Positions 10,197 to 20,518 of a stretch of 62,719 nt of DNA are shown here, in pieces (the stretch's first letter is position 1; every line of letters begins with the position of its first letter). Source of the DNA: an uncultured virus (IMG/VR IMGVR_UViG_3300007171_000012) (Duplodnaviria; Heunggongvirae; Uroviricota; Caudoviricetes); IMG/VR virus record IMGVR_UViG_3300007171_000012. One strand, written 5' to 3'. The position numbers and the translations under genes are program-made. Under the pieces are notes generated by a model that was given only the letters and a program-made list of their open reading frames with translations, was not told the origin of the DNA and did no database searches.

Positions 10197-12464
10197 ATGA
10201 TGGACGTTGATAAAATCAAATTTACATCCAGTGCCAGCAGGTCAATGGATCAACTAAAGCCTTTTGTGGAAACAAAGGGTCACAATATAGCCAATTCAAT
10301 TCACGTTTTTTATCTTTGCTTTGCTAATGCTAACTCTGCATTTCTGGAATTTATTCAATCCAGAGGCATTGAATTAGAAGCAAAGACAATCGAAACTTTA
10401 CTGAATAGGTTTGCTTCTAAAAACCCAGATCAATTCATCGGCGCGACTGCTCCTTATAGAATTTGCGAATCAATTAATTCTTTGATCAGAAAATCTTTTA
10501 AAGTCGCTAATAAATATGAACATTCGTATGTTGGAACCGAACATTTAATTTATTCATTCTTAGAAGAGGACCAAAATTTCTCCGAGCTTCTTTTGAAAAA
10601 TGATATTGATACTGAGCATTTAAAACTATCTGCCTTAGCATTTATTTCTGGAGAAGACGGCTCTTTTGATTTTGGGCCAGATTTCTACGATGATGAGTAT
10701 GAAGATGATGAAGAAGATGATCCTTCGACTTCTTATTTGGAAAAGTATTGCGCCCTGTTTAATCAGACAGCAAATACAGAATCATTTCCACGAATCTCTG
10801 GGAGAGATAAAGAAATCTCCTTGATTGAAGAGGTTCTTTGCAGGAAGACTAAAAGCAATTGTATTTTAATTGGAGAAGCTGGAACTGGCAAGACAAGTAT
10901 TGTCGAAGGTCTTGCTCAATTAATCGAACAAAAAGATTATAACGGGCCTCTAGCAGATAAGAAGATCTTCGCTTTAGATTTGGGATCTCTTGTTGCTGGC
11001 ACAAAATATAGAGGACAGTTTGAAGAGCGCTTTTCTAAATTGCTCACAGAATTGAAGAATAGAAAAGATGGTATTCTTTTTATTGACGAAATCCACACAA
11101 TTATTGGCACTGGCAGTCGCGAAGGATCGCAAGATTTGGCGAATATGCTAAAACCTGCATTAGCTCGCGGAGAAATTATGTGTATTGGAGCTACAACTTC
11201 TACAGAGTATAAAAAATACTTTGAAAAGGATGCTGCGCTCGCTCGCCGTTTTCATGTTGTCAATGTCGATGAGCCAGAGTTGGAGTATGTGTTAAAAATG
11301 CTGAAAACTTCTTTGCCTAGTTATGAACAGCATCACAACGTTTCCTTTCCTAACAAAATCGCTAATGTTGCAGCAAAGATGTGTCAGGTATATTTGCCAA
11401 ACCAAAGATTCCCAGATAAACTATTTGATGTAATTGATCAAGCTGCTTCAAAAGCGAGAATTCGTTCTTCTGGAAATAAAGTAAAAGTTACTATTGATGA
11501 TGTTTGCGAAGTGATCGCTGATAAAATTAATGTAGATGTCAAAACAATTAAAGAATCTCAAAATAAAACATTTGCAGAATTTGAAGAAAATATCAATAAA
11601 AACATCTTTGGCCAAGAATCTAATATTTCAAAAATTTATGATATTCTCTCTTGCGCAAAAGCTGGGTTCCAAAATAAAAATAAACCAATTTCAAGCTTCT
11701 TTTTTGTTGGACCAACTAGCGTTGGAAAAACATTTGCGGCAAAACAGATTGCGAAAGAATTCTACGGTAACGAAAAGAGCTTTCTGCAATTGAACATGAG
11801 CGAATATCAAGAACAAACATCAATATCTCGACTTATTGGCGCAAGTGCTGGATATGTTGGTTATGAAGATGGAGGCTTATTGACTGAATTTGTTCGAAAA
11901 AATCCAAACAGCTTGATTCTTTTTGATGAAGCTGAAAAGTGCAATCCTAATGTTTTGAATTTGTTGTTGCAGATTTTGGACGAAGCAAAGATTAATGATA
12001 ATTTGAATCGTTCTATTGATTTCTCTCGCTGCATTATTGTTCTTACAAGTAATATTGGAGCGGATACAAGTTCTAAAAAACAAATGGGATTTGTTCCAGA
12101 GCAAACTACAGAAGAAGAAAATTACGAAAGATCCGTCAAAAAAATGCTACCTCCCGAATTAATTTCTCGTATTGATGAGGTGGTAGTGTTTAAAAATCTT
12201 GATAAAAAATCTGTTGCGAAAATCTTTGATGCGAAGCTTTCTGAAGTTGTTGAAAATCTGAATCAAAAGGGTATTTCTGTAAATTTTGAATTTACTGGAG
12301 AAGATTTATTTGATTTGCATAAAAACTCAGAAGAACACGCTCGCCAAGTAAAGAAAATCGTTCGCCAAAAGCTTGAGGTTCCTTTGTCAAAATTTATTAT
12401 TAATAATCCTAAGAAGAAAAATATCTCTGCAAAAATTCTTGACGGCGAACTGAATCTATGCTAA
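10197..12464 (+). CDS. Clp/Hsp100 AAA+ ATPase (ClpA/ClpC-like)
   Basis: Clp-N (YVGTEHL); two AAA modules (GEAGTGKT, FIDEIH, KDAALARRF; GPTSVGKT, GYVGYEDGG.LTE, LFDEAEK). Confidence 0.92.
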   Translation: MMDVDKIKFTSSASRSMDQLKPFVETKGHNIANSIHVFYLCFANANSAFLEFIQSRGIELEAKTIETLLNRFASKNPDQFIGATAPYRICESINSLIRKSFKVANKYEHSYVGTEHLIYSFLEEDQNFSELLLKNDIDTEHLKLSALAFISGEDGSFDFGPDFYDDEYEDDEEDDPSTSYLEKYCALFNQTANTESFPRISGRDKEISLIEEVLCRKTKSNCILIGEAGTGKTSIVEGLAQLIEQKDYNGPLADKKIFALDLGSLVAGTKYRGQFEERFSKLLTELKNRKDGILFIDEIHTIIGTGSREGSQDLANMLKPALARGEIMCIGATTSTEYKKYFEKDAALARRFHVVNVDEPELEYVLKMLKTSLPSYEQHHNVSFPNKIANVAAKMCQVYLPNQRFPDKLFDVIDQAASKARIRSSGNKVKVTIDDVCEVIADKINVDVKTIKESQNKTFAEFEENINKNIFGQESNISKIYDILSCAKAGFQNKNKPISSFFFVGPTSVGKTFAAKQIAKEFYGNEKSFLQLNMSEYQEQTSISRLIGASAGYVGYEDGGLLTEFVRKNPNSLILFDEAEKCNPNVLNLLLQILDEAKINDNLNRSIDFSRCIIVLTSNIGADTSSKKQMGFVPEQTTEEENYERSVKKMLPPELISRIDEVVVFKNLDKKSVAKIFDAKLSEVVENLNQKGISVNFEFTGEDLFDLHKNSEEHARQVKKIVRQKLEVPLSKFIINNPKKKNISAKILDGELNLC

Positions 12465-12475
12465 TATACCTGCAT

Positions 12476-12706
12476 ATGAGTAAGAAAAATCAAAACAAGA
12501 ATCAGGCTAATATCGTTGGTGCAATGAAGGGCAGTAAGGGTCGCTTCTTTGGTCTAACCACCAAGTCTGGAGATGTCATTAACGCTCAATTTGTCAATGA
12601 AACTCCAAGCACTGTTGTTATCTATGATAGAAATCGTTTTCTCCATCGTAGATTGAACAAGACTAGTCTCAAGAGCTTCTCAATGGGAAGTCTTCAGTTG
12701 GGCTAA
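12476..12706 (+). CDS. small basic hypothetical protein
   Basis: ORF preceded by a TTGACG/TAATAT promoter and followed by a terminator. Confidence 0.7.
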   Translation: MSKKNQNKNQANIVGAMKGSKGRFFGLTTKSGDVINAQFVNETPSTVVIYDRNRFLHRRLNKTSLKSFSMGSLQLG

Positions 12707-12724
12707 GATAATCATCTATCCTTG

Positions 12725-12755
12725 AAAACCTCAGTCGAAAGACTGGGGTTTTTTT
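12725..12755 (+). terminator. intrinsic terminator
   Basis: AAAACCTCAGTC-GAAA-GACTGGGGTTTT followed by a T tract. Confidence 0.85.
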
Positions 12756-12767
12756 GTATTATAAAAT

Positions 12768-13829
12768 ATGAATTTTGAATCAATTTATAAGTCTAGACCC
12801 TTTCTTTTTGAAGCTCAACAAGATGATGTTGGCGGCGGCGAAGAAATTGTTGCTCATTTAATCCAGAATTCCGAAATCAAGGAGTTTGATTCTATTGAAT
12901 TTTTATCTTCTAATTATGAATACGACTGCTATTTAGTGGTCAAGAACAACATCGGATACTGTGTTAAATACAGTTTCGATCCCAACAATACTTCATTAAA
13001 AAATGAAGCGCAAGCATTACAGCAGCCATCTCTAGCGCATCCAAAAATCTTTGATTGTCAGAAAATTAAATTCGGTGATATTCTTCATTATTCGATAATA
13101 TCATTTGAATTTGCGGAGAACGTTAAAGACTTTGGACTCGCAAGTTTGATAGAAAACTGGGATGTTTTTTTTAATTGCTACGCTAGAATAAAAGACAAAA
13201 ATGCTGATCATTCATTTTTCGAATATTTGAATTCTTTTTATGCATCTACAGAATTAAACAACTTTCCTGAAGATGCATTGGCAGCAGTGAAGGACTACTA
13301 CGACTTTGATGCTTTAAAAGACCTGCTTGCCTCAGTAAAATACGAAATCAATAGTTTGTCTAAACCTTCTTTAGTGAAGAAGGATGAATTTTGTCATGGT
13401 AGATTACAGCCTTCAAATATCTTGACTCGTAATGGAATGTTCAAGATGATTGACTTTGTAGATTGCTACGCAGGCAATCAATTCTTAGATTTAGCAAGGC
13501 TGTCTATTTATTTAGGATTAGATTCAAATAAAGAGAAAGAAATGTTATCATCATTTTTAAAATTGCGATCCGAATCTTTGACAAAAGAAATTTGGCAAGA
13601 ATACAGATCATGTTATGATGTTATGATTCGGCTCGTATTTATAGAATTGATTGTTTCTTATTTAAAAGAAGTTTATATCTTTTCTTCATTTAGACCCGCA
13701 AAAATACTTTCTATTATTGAGGTGTTCTCAAAAAACAGCGCATCATTCTTTAGAATGCCAGCTATTGGTAAATACCATGAATTCGTTTACAATATGATGT
13801 TAGAGCCTTTGATTGGCAAAGAATCATGA
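12768..13829 (+). CDS. APH/choline-kinase-like phosphotransferase fold protein
   Basis: CHGRLQPSNIL...MIDF.D...DLA; Brenner-motif Asp replaced by Arg. Confidence 0.65.
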   Translation: MNFESIYKSRPFLFEAQQDDVGGGEEIVAHLIQNSEIKEFDSIEFLSSNYEYDCYLVVKNNIGYCVKYSFDPNNTSLKNEAQALQQPSLAHPKIFDCQKIKFGDILHYSIISFEFAENVKDFGLASLIENWDVFFNCYARIKDKNADHSFFEYLNSFYASTELNNFPEDALAAVKDYYDFDALKDLLASVKYEINSLSKPSLVKKDEFCHGRLQPSNILTRNGMFKMIDFVDCYAGNQFLDLARLSIYLGLDSNKEKEMLSSFLKLRSESLTKEIWQEYRSCYDVMIRLVFIELIVSYLKEVYIFSSFRPAKILSIIEVFSKNSASFFRMPAIGKYHEFVYNMMLEPLIGKES

Positions 13830-13982
13830 TTGTAATTTCACAACGATCTTTTCAACTTCTTCTATTTCTAAATTTAATCTATCGAAAGATTCGATGTCTC
13901 CTCTCATATATGCAGAATTTTTTTCATTTTGCAGGGATGAGATTTTATTTTTAAGAAGATCTATTAATGTCTGAATATTCAT
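13824..13982 (-). CDS. small coiled-coil hypothetical protein (52 aa)
   Basis: MNIQTLIDLLKNKISSLQNEK...; read manually, directly downstream of the 1027-aa ORF. Confidence 0.6.
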   Translation of the reverse strand: MNIQTLIDLLKNKISSLQNEKNSAYMRGDIESFDRLNLEIEEVEKIVVKLQS

Positions 13983-13983
13983 A

Positions 13984-16900
13984 TTAGGTAAAAATTAATG
14001 TTCTCCAAAATTCTTGAGAACTGTGTCTTGGTAAATAAAGATATTTCAAGCCATCATCAGTTGTAATGATTTCGATTCTATTTCCAATTAAAGCGGTTCC
14101 CATACCATATGGAACAGTAGCAAATGGAACAATTTGATTTTTTACAATATCATAATAATAAATACGACCAGTAGAATCTTTTTGAAGATAAATTCGATCT
14201 ACATCATCATAAGTGAACATTGACCCAGTGGAGAATGTTTCTGTCATTGGGAAATATGTAATAAATTCATTTATTTCACTTGCCAAATCATATCTCATAA
14301 GGTTCGGGCTACCGCCTCTCCAGAAATATAAATACTTATTATTTAGAGAGGAATCTGATGTATTTGTGATACATTTAATGCTGATTCCTGTTGAAGAAGC
14401 TGGCATTGTTAATATAGAGTAATGGGTATTTTGATCAGGAGCGTTACCAACAAGAGCAAAAGTAAGAGTATTGGCTGTATTGGCGGTAATAGCTGCTTCA
14501 GTAGCTAATGTTGTTGCCCCGACAAATCTAACTCTTTTTCCAACTAATGTATTAGTTGGCCAGTTTTGAGAAGAGTCAACTAATGTTGTAGTTGATCCGC
14601 TCGATGCAATTCCATAATTTTCCATGATTATGTATTGAGTCGTCGTATCAGGAGTAAATCCTTGTGCTAAAAAGTTTAATGTTGTTGCGCTATTAGACGT
14701 AATGGCAAATTCACTTCCTGCACCAGTTCCACTAATGATTCTAACTTTTCTGCCATTAACAAGAGTCGCAGTTCCAGTAGCATCATTTGCTACGTAAGAT
14801 TTGCTTATAGTGAATACAGTTGATGAAGTTACAGATGTCACTGCATAAGTTCCATTATAATTTGTAGTTCCTGCTATAGTAATATTTTGCCCAACATTTA
14901 GGTTATGAGTTCCTGTTACAGTAACTGTAGTTAATCCTGTTCCACCATTTGCAAAAGAAGATATTGTTAATGCTGATTGAGTTGGCAGGTTAGACCAATA
15001 ATTTATTGGCCAGTTTTTACTAGAATCGGTTAATGAAGTTGTAGTTCCAGATGTAGCAAATCCAGAAGTGCCATTGCCAATTTTAGCTCCAATTGATTGC
15101 TCAATGCCAAATGCTTTTGAGTCTAAAATAACATATCGCATTTGTCCATTAATTGGGACAGTTCCACTTACCAGCGTCAATGTATTTGATGTGTTTGATA
15201 AAATACGTCTTGCTGTTGTGGTTGCGCCGCCATTTCCCGATGATGGAGTCAAGCATAATTGAAGAATTTTACCAGCATGCTCATTTGTTACCCAGTTTTT
15301 ACTAATATCAACTAATGCTGTGGCCGATTGCGATAATGCAACTGTCGGAGAATTAGAACTTGTGATTGCATATTGAAAAGTTAATGAGCTTCCTATACCA
15401 ATAATTGTTTTTGATCCATTAAACTCTGATTGAGTTATACCAGCTATTGTAATAGTATCTCCTATTTTAAAATTATGAACTGCACCAGTTGTAACTGTTG
15501 TAATATCGCTTATAGATAAAATTTCTAACGTGCATCCAGTTCCACCGCTAGGGCTTACAGTTGTAGCTTTACCAGTTCCAGTAGTATAACTTTGACCAGC
15601 AGTTTCTAATGCAACTGATAATACAGCGCCATTTGCAGGATTAACTGATGTTACTCTCGCTGTTCCAGATGATCCACCTGTAGTAATTGTTAAAATTTGA
15701 TCAACTAAATAACCAGTTCCGCCTGCTGTTGGCGTGCTATTTAATGAAGCAATACCACCAGTTGTTTTGGCTATAGAACTGATACCAATTGGTTCTAATC
15801 CAGACTGTGTTGCGCTAGCTGATCTTGGAACTCCGAAATCAAATTGCTTGGATGAGGACGCTTGATCTGTTTCAATACTATATTGATACATTGTTGATCT
15901 GGAATCTCCAATAATCATTAATTTGTCGCAATCTCGATAAACAGCGTAAGTAGATGTGTTATCTGGCGCAACACTCCAATCTCTTGTCAAATAAAATGTT
16001 GTAGCAGTATTAGCTAATATTGTTCTTACTTGTCCGATTCCAGTTCCTCCAGTGATTCTTAATTGAAAATTATTGTATTTCAATGGAGTTAATGATGCAG
16101 ATGTATTTATTAAAGTTCTTGCAGATCCTCCTGTTGCTGTTCCAGAAATTAAAGATCCTCCTTCTTCAGTAAATTTTTCAAATGATACGTCAGTTGACAA
16201 TGCAGTTGGAAGCACCACTGATTGAGAGCTTTTAATATACCACATATCAGCTAATATATCATAATATTGAAGTGCATAAGAAGTAGTTCCTAACACTGTT
16301 ATACACCAGATCCCTCCACTTAAAATAACAAATTGGGAAGTTGAATCAGGCTGAACTGACCAATTAGTATCTACAGTTACTATATTAGATTCAATTTGAT
16401 AAAAACTTGTCCCCGCTGCGGTAGAAGTTGCTAAAACTCCACCCCACCATGTATTTAAAGTATGAAAAGCTGGATCTGATAAAGTAAGCGTGTTATTATT
16501 ATTCCATAATACACTTCTAATTTGGGTAGCACCGCCACCAAAATCAACTCTGGCTTGATAATCTCGATATTGATTTATTTTCCATTGTTTAATATATGGA
16601 GAAGCGGTCGCATCAATTATCTGCGAAGTAGAAGCCGCTGTTGTCATACCTCTATCTTTTACAATTGGCGCAGAAACTGATGTAATAGTTCTTTCTTGTC
16701 CAGCGCCAGTTCCAGAAATAATTCTTATTTTTTTGCCGATCGCGGCATTGTTATTGAAACATGCTAATTCTATAGTATTAGCTGCTCCTCCATTTGAAAT
16801 AGCTCTTCCATAATGCCCTACAGATGGAGAGTAACCTAATTCTAATAATACTGATGGACCAATAACTGGACTTGCTAATTGCTGCCATGAATCTCCAATT

Positions 16901-17067
16901 GTATCATATTTATAAAAAGTGCTTCCAACTAAATAATAAATACTTTTATCGCTATCTAAAGTTGATTTGGTTAAAGCCGAAATCGCACTAACTGCGGTAG
17001 GTAAAGGACGAAGCCATTCAAAAATTGGCAAGTCAACTTGTTTTTTGAGATTATTTGTTACACTCAT
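13984..17067 (-). CDS. virion structural/fibre protein with beta-propeller-like ends and internal Thr/Gly/Ser repeats
   Basis: Repeated ATSG.TT.L.DSS.NW and RIISGTGAG units; Kelch-like YY..G..FY.YD...D.W segments. Confidence 0.6.
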   Translation of the reverse strand: MSVTNNLKKQVDLPIFEWLRPLPTAVSAISALTKSTLDSDKSIYYLVGSTFYKYDTIGDSWQQLASPVIGPSVLLELGYSPSVGHYGRAISNGGAANTIELACFNNNAAIGKKIRIISGTGAGQERTITSVSAPIVKDRGMTTAASTSQIIDATASPYIKQWKINQYRDYQARVDFGGGATQIRSVLWNNNNTLTLSDPAFHTLNTWWGGVLATSTAAGTSFYQIESNIVTVDTNWSVQPDSTSQFVILSGGIWCITVLGTTSYALQYYDILADMWYIKSSQSVVLPTALSTDVSFEKFTEEGGSLISGTATGGSARTLINTSASLTPLKYNNFQLRITGGTGIGQVRTILANTATTFYLTRDWSVAPDNTSTYAVYRDCDKLMIIGDSRSTMYQYSIETDQASSSKQFDFGVPRSASATQSGLEPIGISSIAKTTGGIASLNSTPTAGGTGYLVDQILTITTGGSSGTARVTSVNPANGAVLSVALETAGQSYTTGTGKATTVSPSGGTGCTLEILSISDITTVTTGAVHNFKIGDTITIAGITQSEFNGSKTIIGIGSSLTFQYAITSSNSPTVALSQSATALVDISKNWVTNEHAGKILQLCLTPSSGNGGATTTARRILSNTSNTLTLVSGTVPINGQMRYVILDSKAFGIEQSIGAKIGNGTSGFATSGTTTSLTDSSKNWPINYWSNLPTQSALTISSFANGGTGLTTVTVTGTHNLNVGQNITIAGTTNYNGTYAVTSVTSSTVFTISKSYVANDATGTATLVNGRKVRIISGTGAGSEFAITSNSATTLNFLAQGFTPDTTTQYIIMENYGIASSGSTTTLVDSSQNWPTNTLVGKRVRFVGATTLATEAAITANTANTLTFALVGNAPDQNTHYSILTMPASSTGISIKCITNTSDSSLNNKYLYFWRGGSPNLMRYDLASEINEFITYFPMTETFSTGSMFTYDDVDRIYLQKDSTGRIYYYDIVKNQIVPFATVPYGMGTALIGNRIEIITTDDGLKYLYLPRHSSQEFWRTLIFT

Positions 17068-17070
17068 ATA

Positions 17071-17628
17071 TTAAGAAAAAGATAAATTTGATCTGATGGC
17101 TTGTTGATAATTAAGGCGGGAGGTATCTACATATTTCCAAAATTCAGGTATAGCGATATATGAAGTTACCGCATTTCCGTTTGTTATGTAAATAGCATTG
17201 CTTGTAGAATCGACAGGTCTAACTACACTTGATGTAGATGTTGTTACCGTCCCTTCAACAATTACACGCTGTCTTTGGTTTGTATCAACTACTGATAATG
17301 ATTCGCTCATTTTTAGTAAACGGCGCATCAAAATATTTTGCTCTTGCAAAGCGCTCAAAGTCTCTTCTGTAGCAGCATTAATTTCCGTATCATCATAATA
17401 AATTTGTAATGAATCAGTATCAGACATACTTGATGTATCAAAATTCAAATCTAATACATTGCCAGATACAGTCGCGCCTAAAGGTGGCGAAGCGAAATTA
17501 TAAATGATGATATTATCGGTTGTATTGGTAATCAATAATACGCTAGATAAATTTATAGACAAATAATCAACAAATGTGATTTGTCCATTGGCTGAATTAA
17601 ATTGATAATTTGTAATTAATTTTTTCAT
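17071..17628 (-). CDS. putative virion protein
   Basis: ORF in minus-strand structural operon. Confidence 0.55.
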   Translation of the reverse strand: MKKLITNYQFNSANGQITFVDYLSINLSSVLLITNTTDNIIIYNFASPPLGATVSGNVLDLNFDTSSMSDTDSLQIYYDDTEINAATEETLSALQEQNILMRRLLKMSESLSVVDTNQRQRVIVEGTVTTSTSSVVRPVDSTSNAIYITNGNAVTSYIAIPEFWKYVDTSRLNYQQAIRSNLSFS

Positions 17629-17631
17629 TTT

Positions 17632-19638
17632 TTATCCGAGCGCTATCGCGTAAGCTATTGCTTTTACACTTAAATCATCAAGTTGGTTTTGCAAATTTCC
17701 ACTTATTCCTGAAACATAATTTATTGTGGCATAAGAGCCTGTTGCATTGTTTAGATCTGATATTTGATTTTGTAAATAACCGCTGACGCCAGTTACATAA
17801 TTTGATAAACCAGAAACATCTTCAGTATTAATTTGTCTAGCTATCCATGCTCCACTTGCAGAATTATAAATTAAAGAATCTTTGTTTTGTGCATTTTTTG
17901 CATATACGTTGTGCAATTCTTCTATTTCAAATCCATTTTGGACTTTAATATACACTTTTCCATTGTTGCTACTAGAGCGAAGCACTATCCCCAAATAAAC
18001 TAAGTGATTATTTCCATAAGGCTTATTTCCAGTTCCATAGATGATATTGCCCCCTGTTCCAAGCCACATTGGATCTCCAGCCGCGCCAGAGCTTGTATTA
18101 AAGCCTTCTAGTGTTCCTTCTGTAATAATATAGCCAAATTCGTTAATTGCTAAATCTTGAGCCAATAATCCAATTGTTTTTGATGAAGTTCTTTCTCCAG
18201 TATTGGAAGCTAAAGAAATCAAAGGATTTGCTCCATTTGCCCCATTGATATAAACAGGTTGGCCTTTGTAAATTGTTTGACCTTGATCATTTTTGCCATA
18301 CAAATGAATTATATCTACAGGATCTCCACTAATTAAAACTGGAATATCAGTTACAGTCGGTCTTGTCTGGAAATCTTTTAAACCGCTAATATCTTGATTA
18401 CCAGTCGTATAAACGATGTCAGGTATTCCAGTTATAAATCCAGATGGATTACTAGCGGGATAAAATGCTCCAGTTTGCGAAGAAGTGATAAAATCGCCAG
18501 TTTGATTTTTTAAAACATAAGATCCAGTTTGAGAGGCAAGGTTATTGATTTGCAATTGCAAACTTCCGCTTATACCAGTAGTATAAGAGATTGTGCTATA
18601 ATTTGACAAATCAACACCTGTTATAAATCCAGATGGATTAGAGCGCGGATAAAACGCTCCAGTTTGATCTACTGTAATAAAGTTACCAGTCTGAGAAGCT
18701 AAAACATATGAGCCTGTTTGGCCATTCAAACTATTAATTTGAATTTGCAAAGAGCCGCTCGCGCCAGTAACATAAGCTTTAGTAGCATAAGAAGACAAAT
18801 CAACGCCCGTTATGAATCCAGAGGGATTAGATGCAGCGTAAAATCCACCTGTTTGACTTGTGGTAATGAAATTGCCCGTTTCAGATGGACGAACAACTTG
18901 ACCTGTGACATATGCTGATAAATCCATTCCAGTAATAAAGCCAGAAGGATTAGATGCTGCATAAAAATCGCCAGTTTGACTTATAGTAACAAAGTTCCCT
19001 GTTTGAGATGGTCGCACTACATCACCTGTAATGTATCCAGACAAATCAACTCCAGTGATAAAACCCGATGGATTGGAAGATGGATAAAAATCACCAGTCT
19101 GACTTGCAGTGACAAAGCTGCCTGTTTCAGATGGACGAACTACTGCTCCTGTTACATAATTAGACAAATCAACCCCAGTGATGAATCCGCTTGGATTTGA
19201 GCGTGGATAAAATGCTCCAGTCTGACTTGTGGTAATGAAATTTCCTGTCTGAGATGGGCGCACAACGTCGCCTGTGACGTATCCAGACAGATCTACGCCA
19301 GTGATGAACCCAGAAGGGTTAGAGAGCGGGTAAAAAGCTCCTGTTTGGCTTGTAGTGATGAAGTTGCCAGTTTCAGATGGACGAACTACACTACCAGTAA
19401 CCAAATTAAAATACTGCCCAGAAGAAAGGTGATAATATTGTCCCGATTGCCCGCCATTCAATCCGCCAAGCAAATTATGTAAAAGCTCATCACTTGCGCC
19501 AGATTGGTGAGTGACTGAGTGATTAATAACCCCTTGATTTAAAGTCAAAGGATTTAAATTAATGTTTTCACCAGTATCATTAATACCGAGATTGATAGGC
19601 GCTTCTTGAATTACATTTATGACAATTTGATCGCTCAT
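17632..19638 (-). CDS. repeat-containing virion/fibre protein
   Basis: 41-aa tandem repeats; C-terminal AIAYAIALG. Confidence 0.6.
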   Translation of the reverse strand: MSDQIVINVIQEAPINLGINDTGENINLNPLTLNQGVINHSVTHQSGASDELLHNLLGGLNGGQSGQYYHLSSGQYFNLVTGSVVRPSETGNFITTSQTGAFYPLSNPSGFITGVDLSGYVTGDVVRPSQTGNFITTSQTGAFYPRSNPSGFITGVDLSNYVTGAVVRPSETGSFVTASQTGDFYPSSNPSGFITGVDLSGYITGDVVRPSQTGNFVTISQTGDFYAASNPSGFITGMDLSAYVTGQVVRPSETGNFITTSQTGGFYAASNPSGFITGVDLSSYATKAYVTGASGSLQIQINSLNGQTGSYVLASQTGNFITVDQTGAFYPRSNPSGFITGVDLSNYSTISYTTGISGSLQLQINNLASQTGSYVLKNQTGDFITSSQTGAFYPASNPSGFITGIPDIVYTTGNQDISGLKDFQTRPTVTDIPVLISGDPVDIIHLYGKNDQGQTIYKGQPVYINGANGANPLISLASNTGERTSSKTIGLLAQDLAINEFGYIITEGTLEGFNTSSGAAGDPMWLGTGGNIIYGTGNKPYGNNHLVYLGIVLRSSSNNGKVYIKVQNGFEIEELHNVYAKNAQNKDSLIYNSASGAWIARQINTEDVSGLSNYVTGVSGYLQNQISDLNNATGSYATINYVSGISGNLQNQLDDLSVKAIAYAIALG
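18787..19401 (-). repeat. five tandem 123-bp (41-aa) coding repeats, with two degenerate copies extending to ~18420
   Basis: Unit VTGxVVRPSxTGNFITTSQTGAFYPxSNPSGFITGVDLSxY. Confidence 0.9.
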
Positions 19639-19973
19639 GTATTTTTGGTGATATTTTTAGTTAAATAAACAGGTCCATACATAAGTCTATCTGGGCATTC
19701 ATTTTCTTTATCCGCGAATAAATCCCAGCTACAAGGAGCTAAATCAATAGCTTCTGTTTGAGAGCCATTTAAACTGATTTTGGCTATACCGCTTGGAATG
19801 CTCAAAATTTCTGCTGTGAATACAGCTTGCAATTCGTTATCAAAATCTCTTCTGATTTGACCTGTAAGTGAAACTCCACTTAAATTATAAACTGATCCAT
19901 TTTTTTGGATAGTCAATGTCAAATTAAAACACGATCTTTGTTCAATACTTATGCCTGTATATGCCGCACTCAT
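19635..19973 (-). CDS. small virion protein (Ig/BppU-like)
   Basis: YNLSG..LTGQIRR...G...ISL...QT......WDL pattern; GTGTAA motif upstream. Confidence 0.55.
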   Translation of the reverse strand: MSAAYTGISIEQRSCFNLTLTIQKNGSVYNLSGVSLTGQIRRDFDNELQAVFTAEILSIPSGIAKISLNGSQTEAIDLAPCSWDLFADKENECPDRLMYGPVYLTKNITKNT

Positions 19974-20032
19974 CAAACAATATTACACTTAAAAAACAAT
20001 AGAAAATCAATAAATTATAATTAGAATCAACC

Positions 20033-20518
20033 ATGATTCAACTCTACAAACCGAATTCTAAAAACACTGGCTGCGCGTTTTCATTTAACGTTGGCAGAAC
20101 TGGAAAAGAAAAAGAGCCTTGTGTATATATCAATGCTATTATGCAGCACTCTTGGAATGAAAAGACCAAGAATGGCTCTTTTGCAGAAAACGCAAAAAAT
20201 CCAGAAAAGACAATTATCGTTAAATTGAACGAATTTGAACTTGGTGGATTTATTTATGCTATTGAAAACTATCTTGAATATAGTGCATTTCATACTTTTG
20301 AAGACAATAAGACTACCATCTCATTTAAGCCTTATACCAAACAAAATGGCACAAAGGCGTTTTCTTTAACTGTAACTAAAAACTCTGCCGCAAAATTTGG
20401 CATCGGCATGGAAATGGGTGAAGCTTATGCTGTAAGAGAGTTTTTCAAAGGAATGCTTGGAAAAACTTTTGATTTCAGAGCGGTAAATAGTTACAATTCA
20501 GCAAAGCCGAATGAATAA
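20033..20518 (+). CDS. hypothetical protein (possible ssDNA-binding, Whirly/PC4-like)
   Basis: ORF; the fold guess is from residue pattern only. Confidence 0.5.
   Translation: MIQLYKPNSKNTGCAFSFNVGRTGKEKEPCVYINAIMQHSWNEKTKNGSFAENAKNPEKTIIVKLNEFELGGFIYAIENYLEYSAFHTFEDNKTTISFKPYTKQNGTKAFSLTVTKNSAAKFGIGMEMGEAYAVREFFKGMLGKTFDFRAVNSYNSAKPNE

Noticed and set aside
18420..19401. CRISPR array or DGR repeats
   Set aside because: Repeats are contiguous, in-frame coding units without unique spacers; no cas or reverse transcriptase gene in the window
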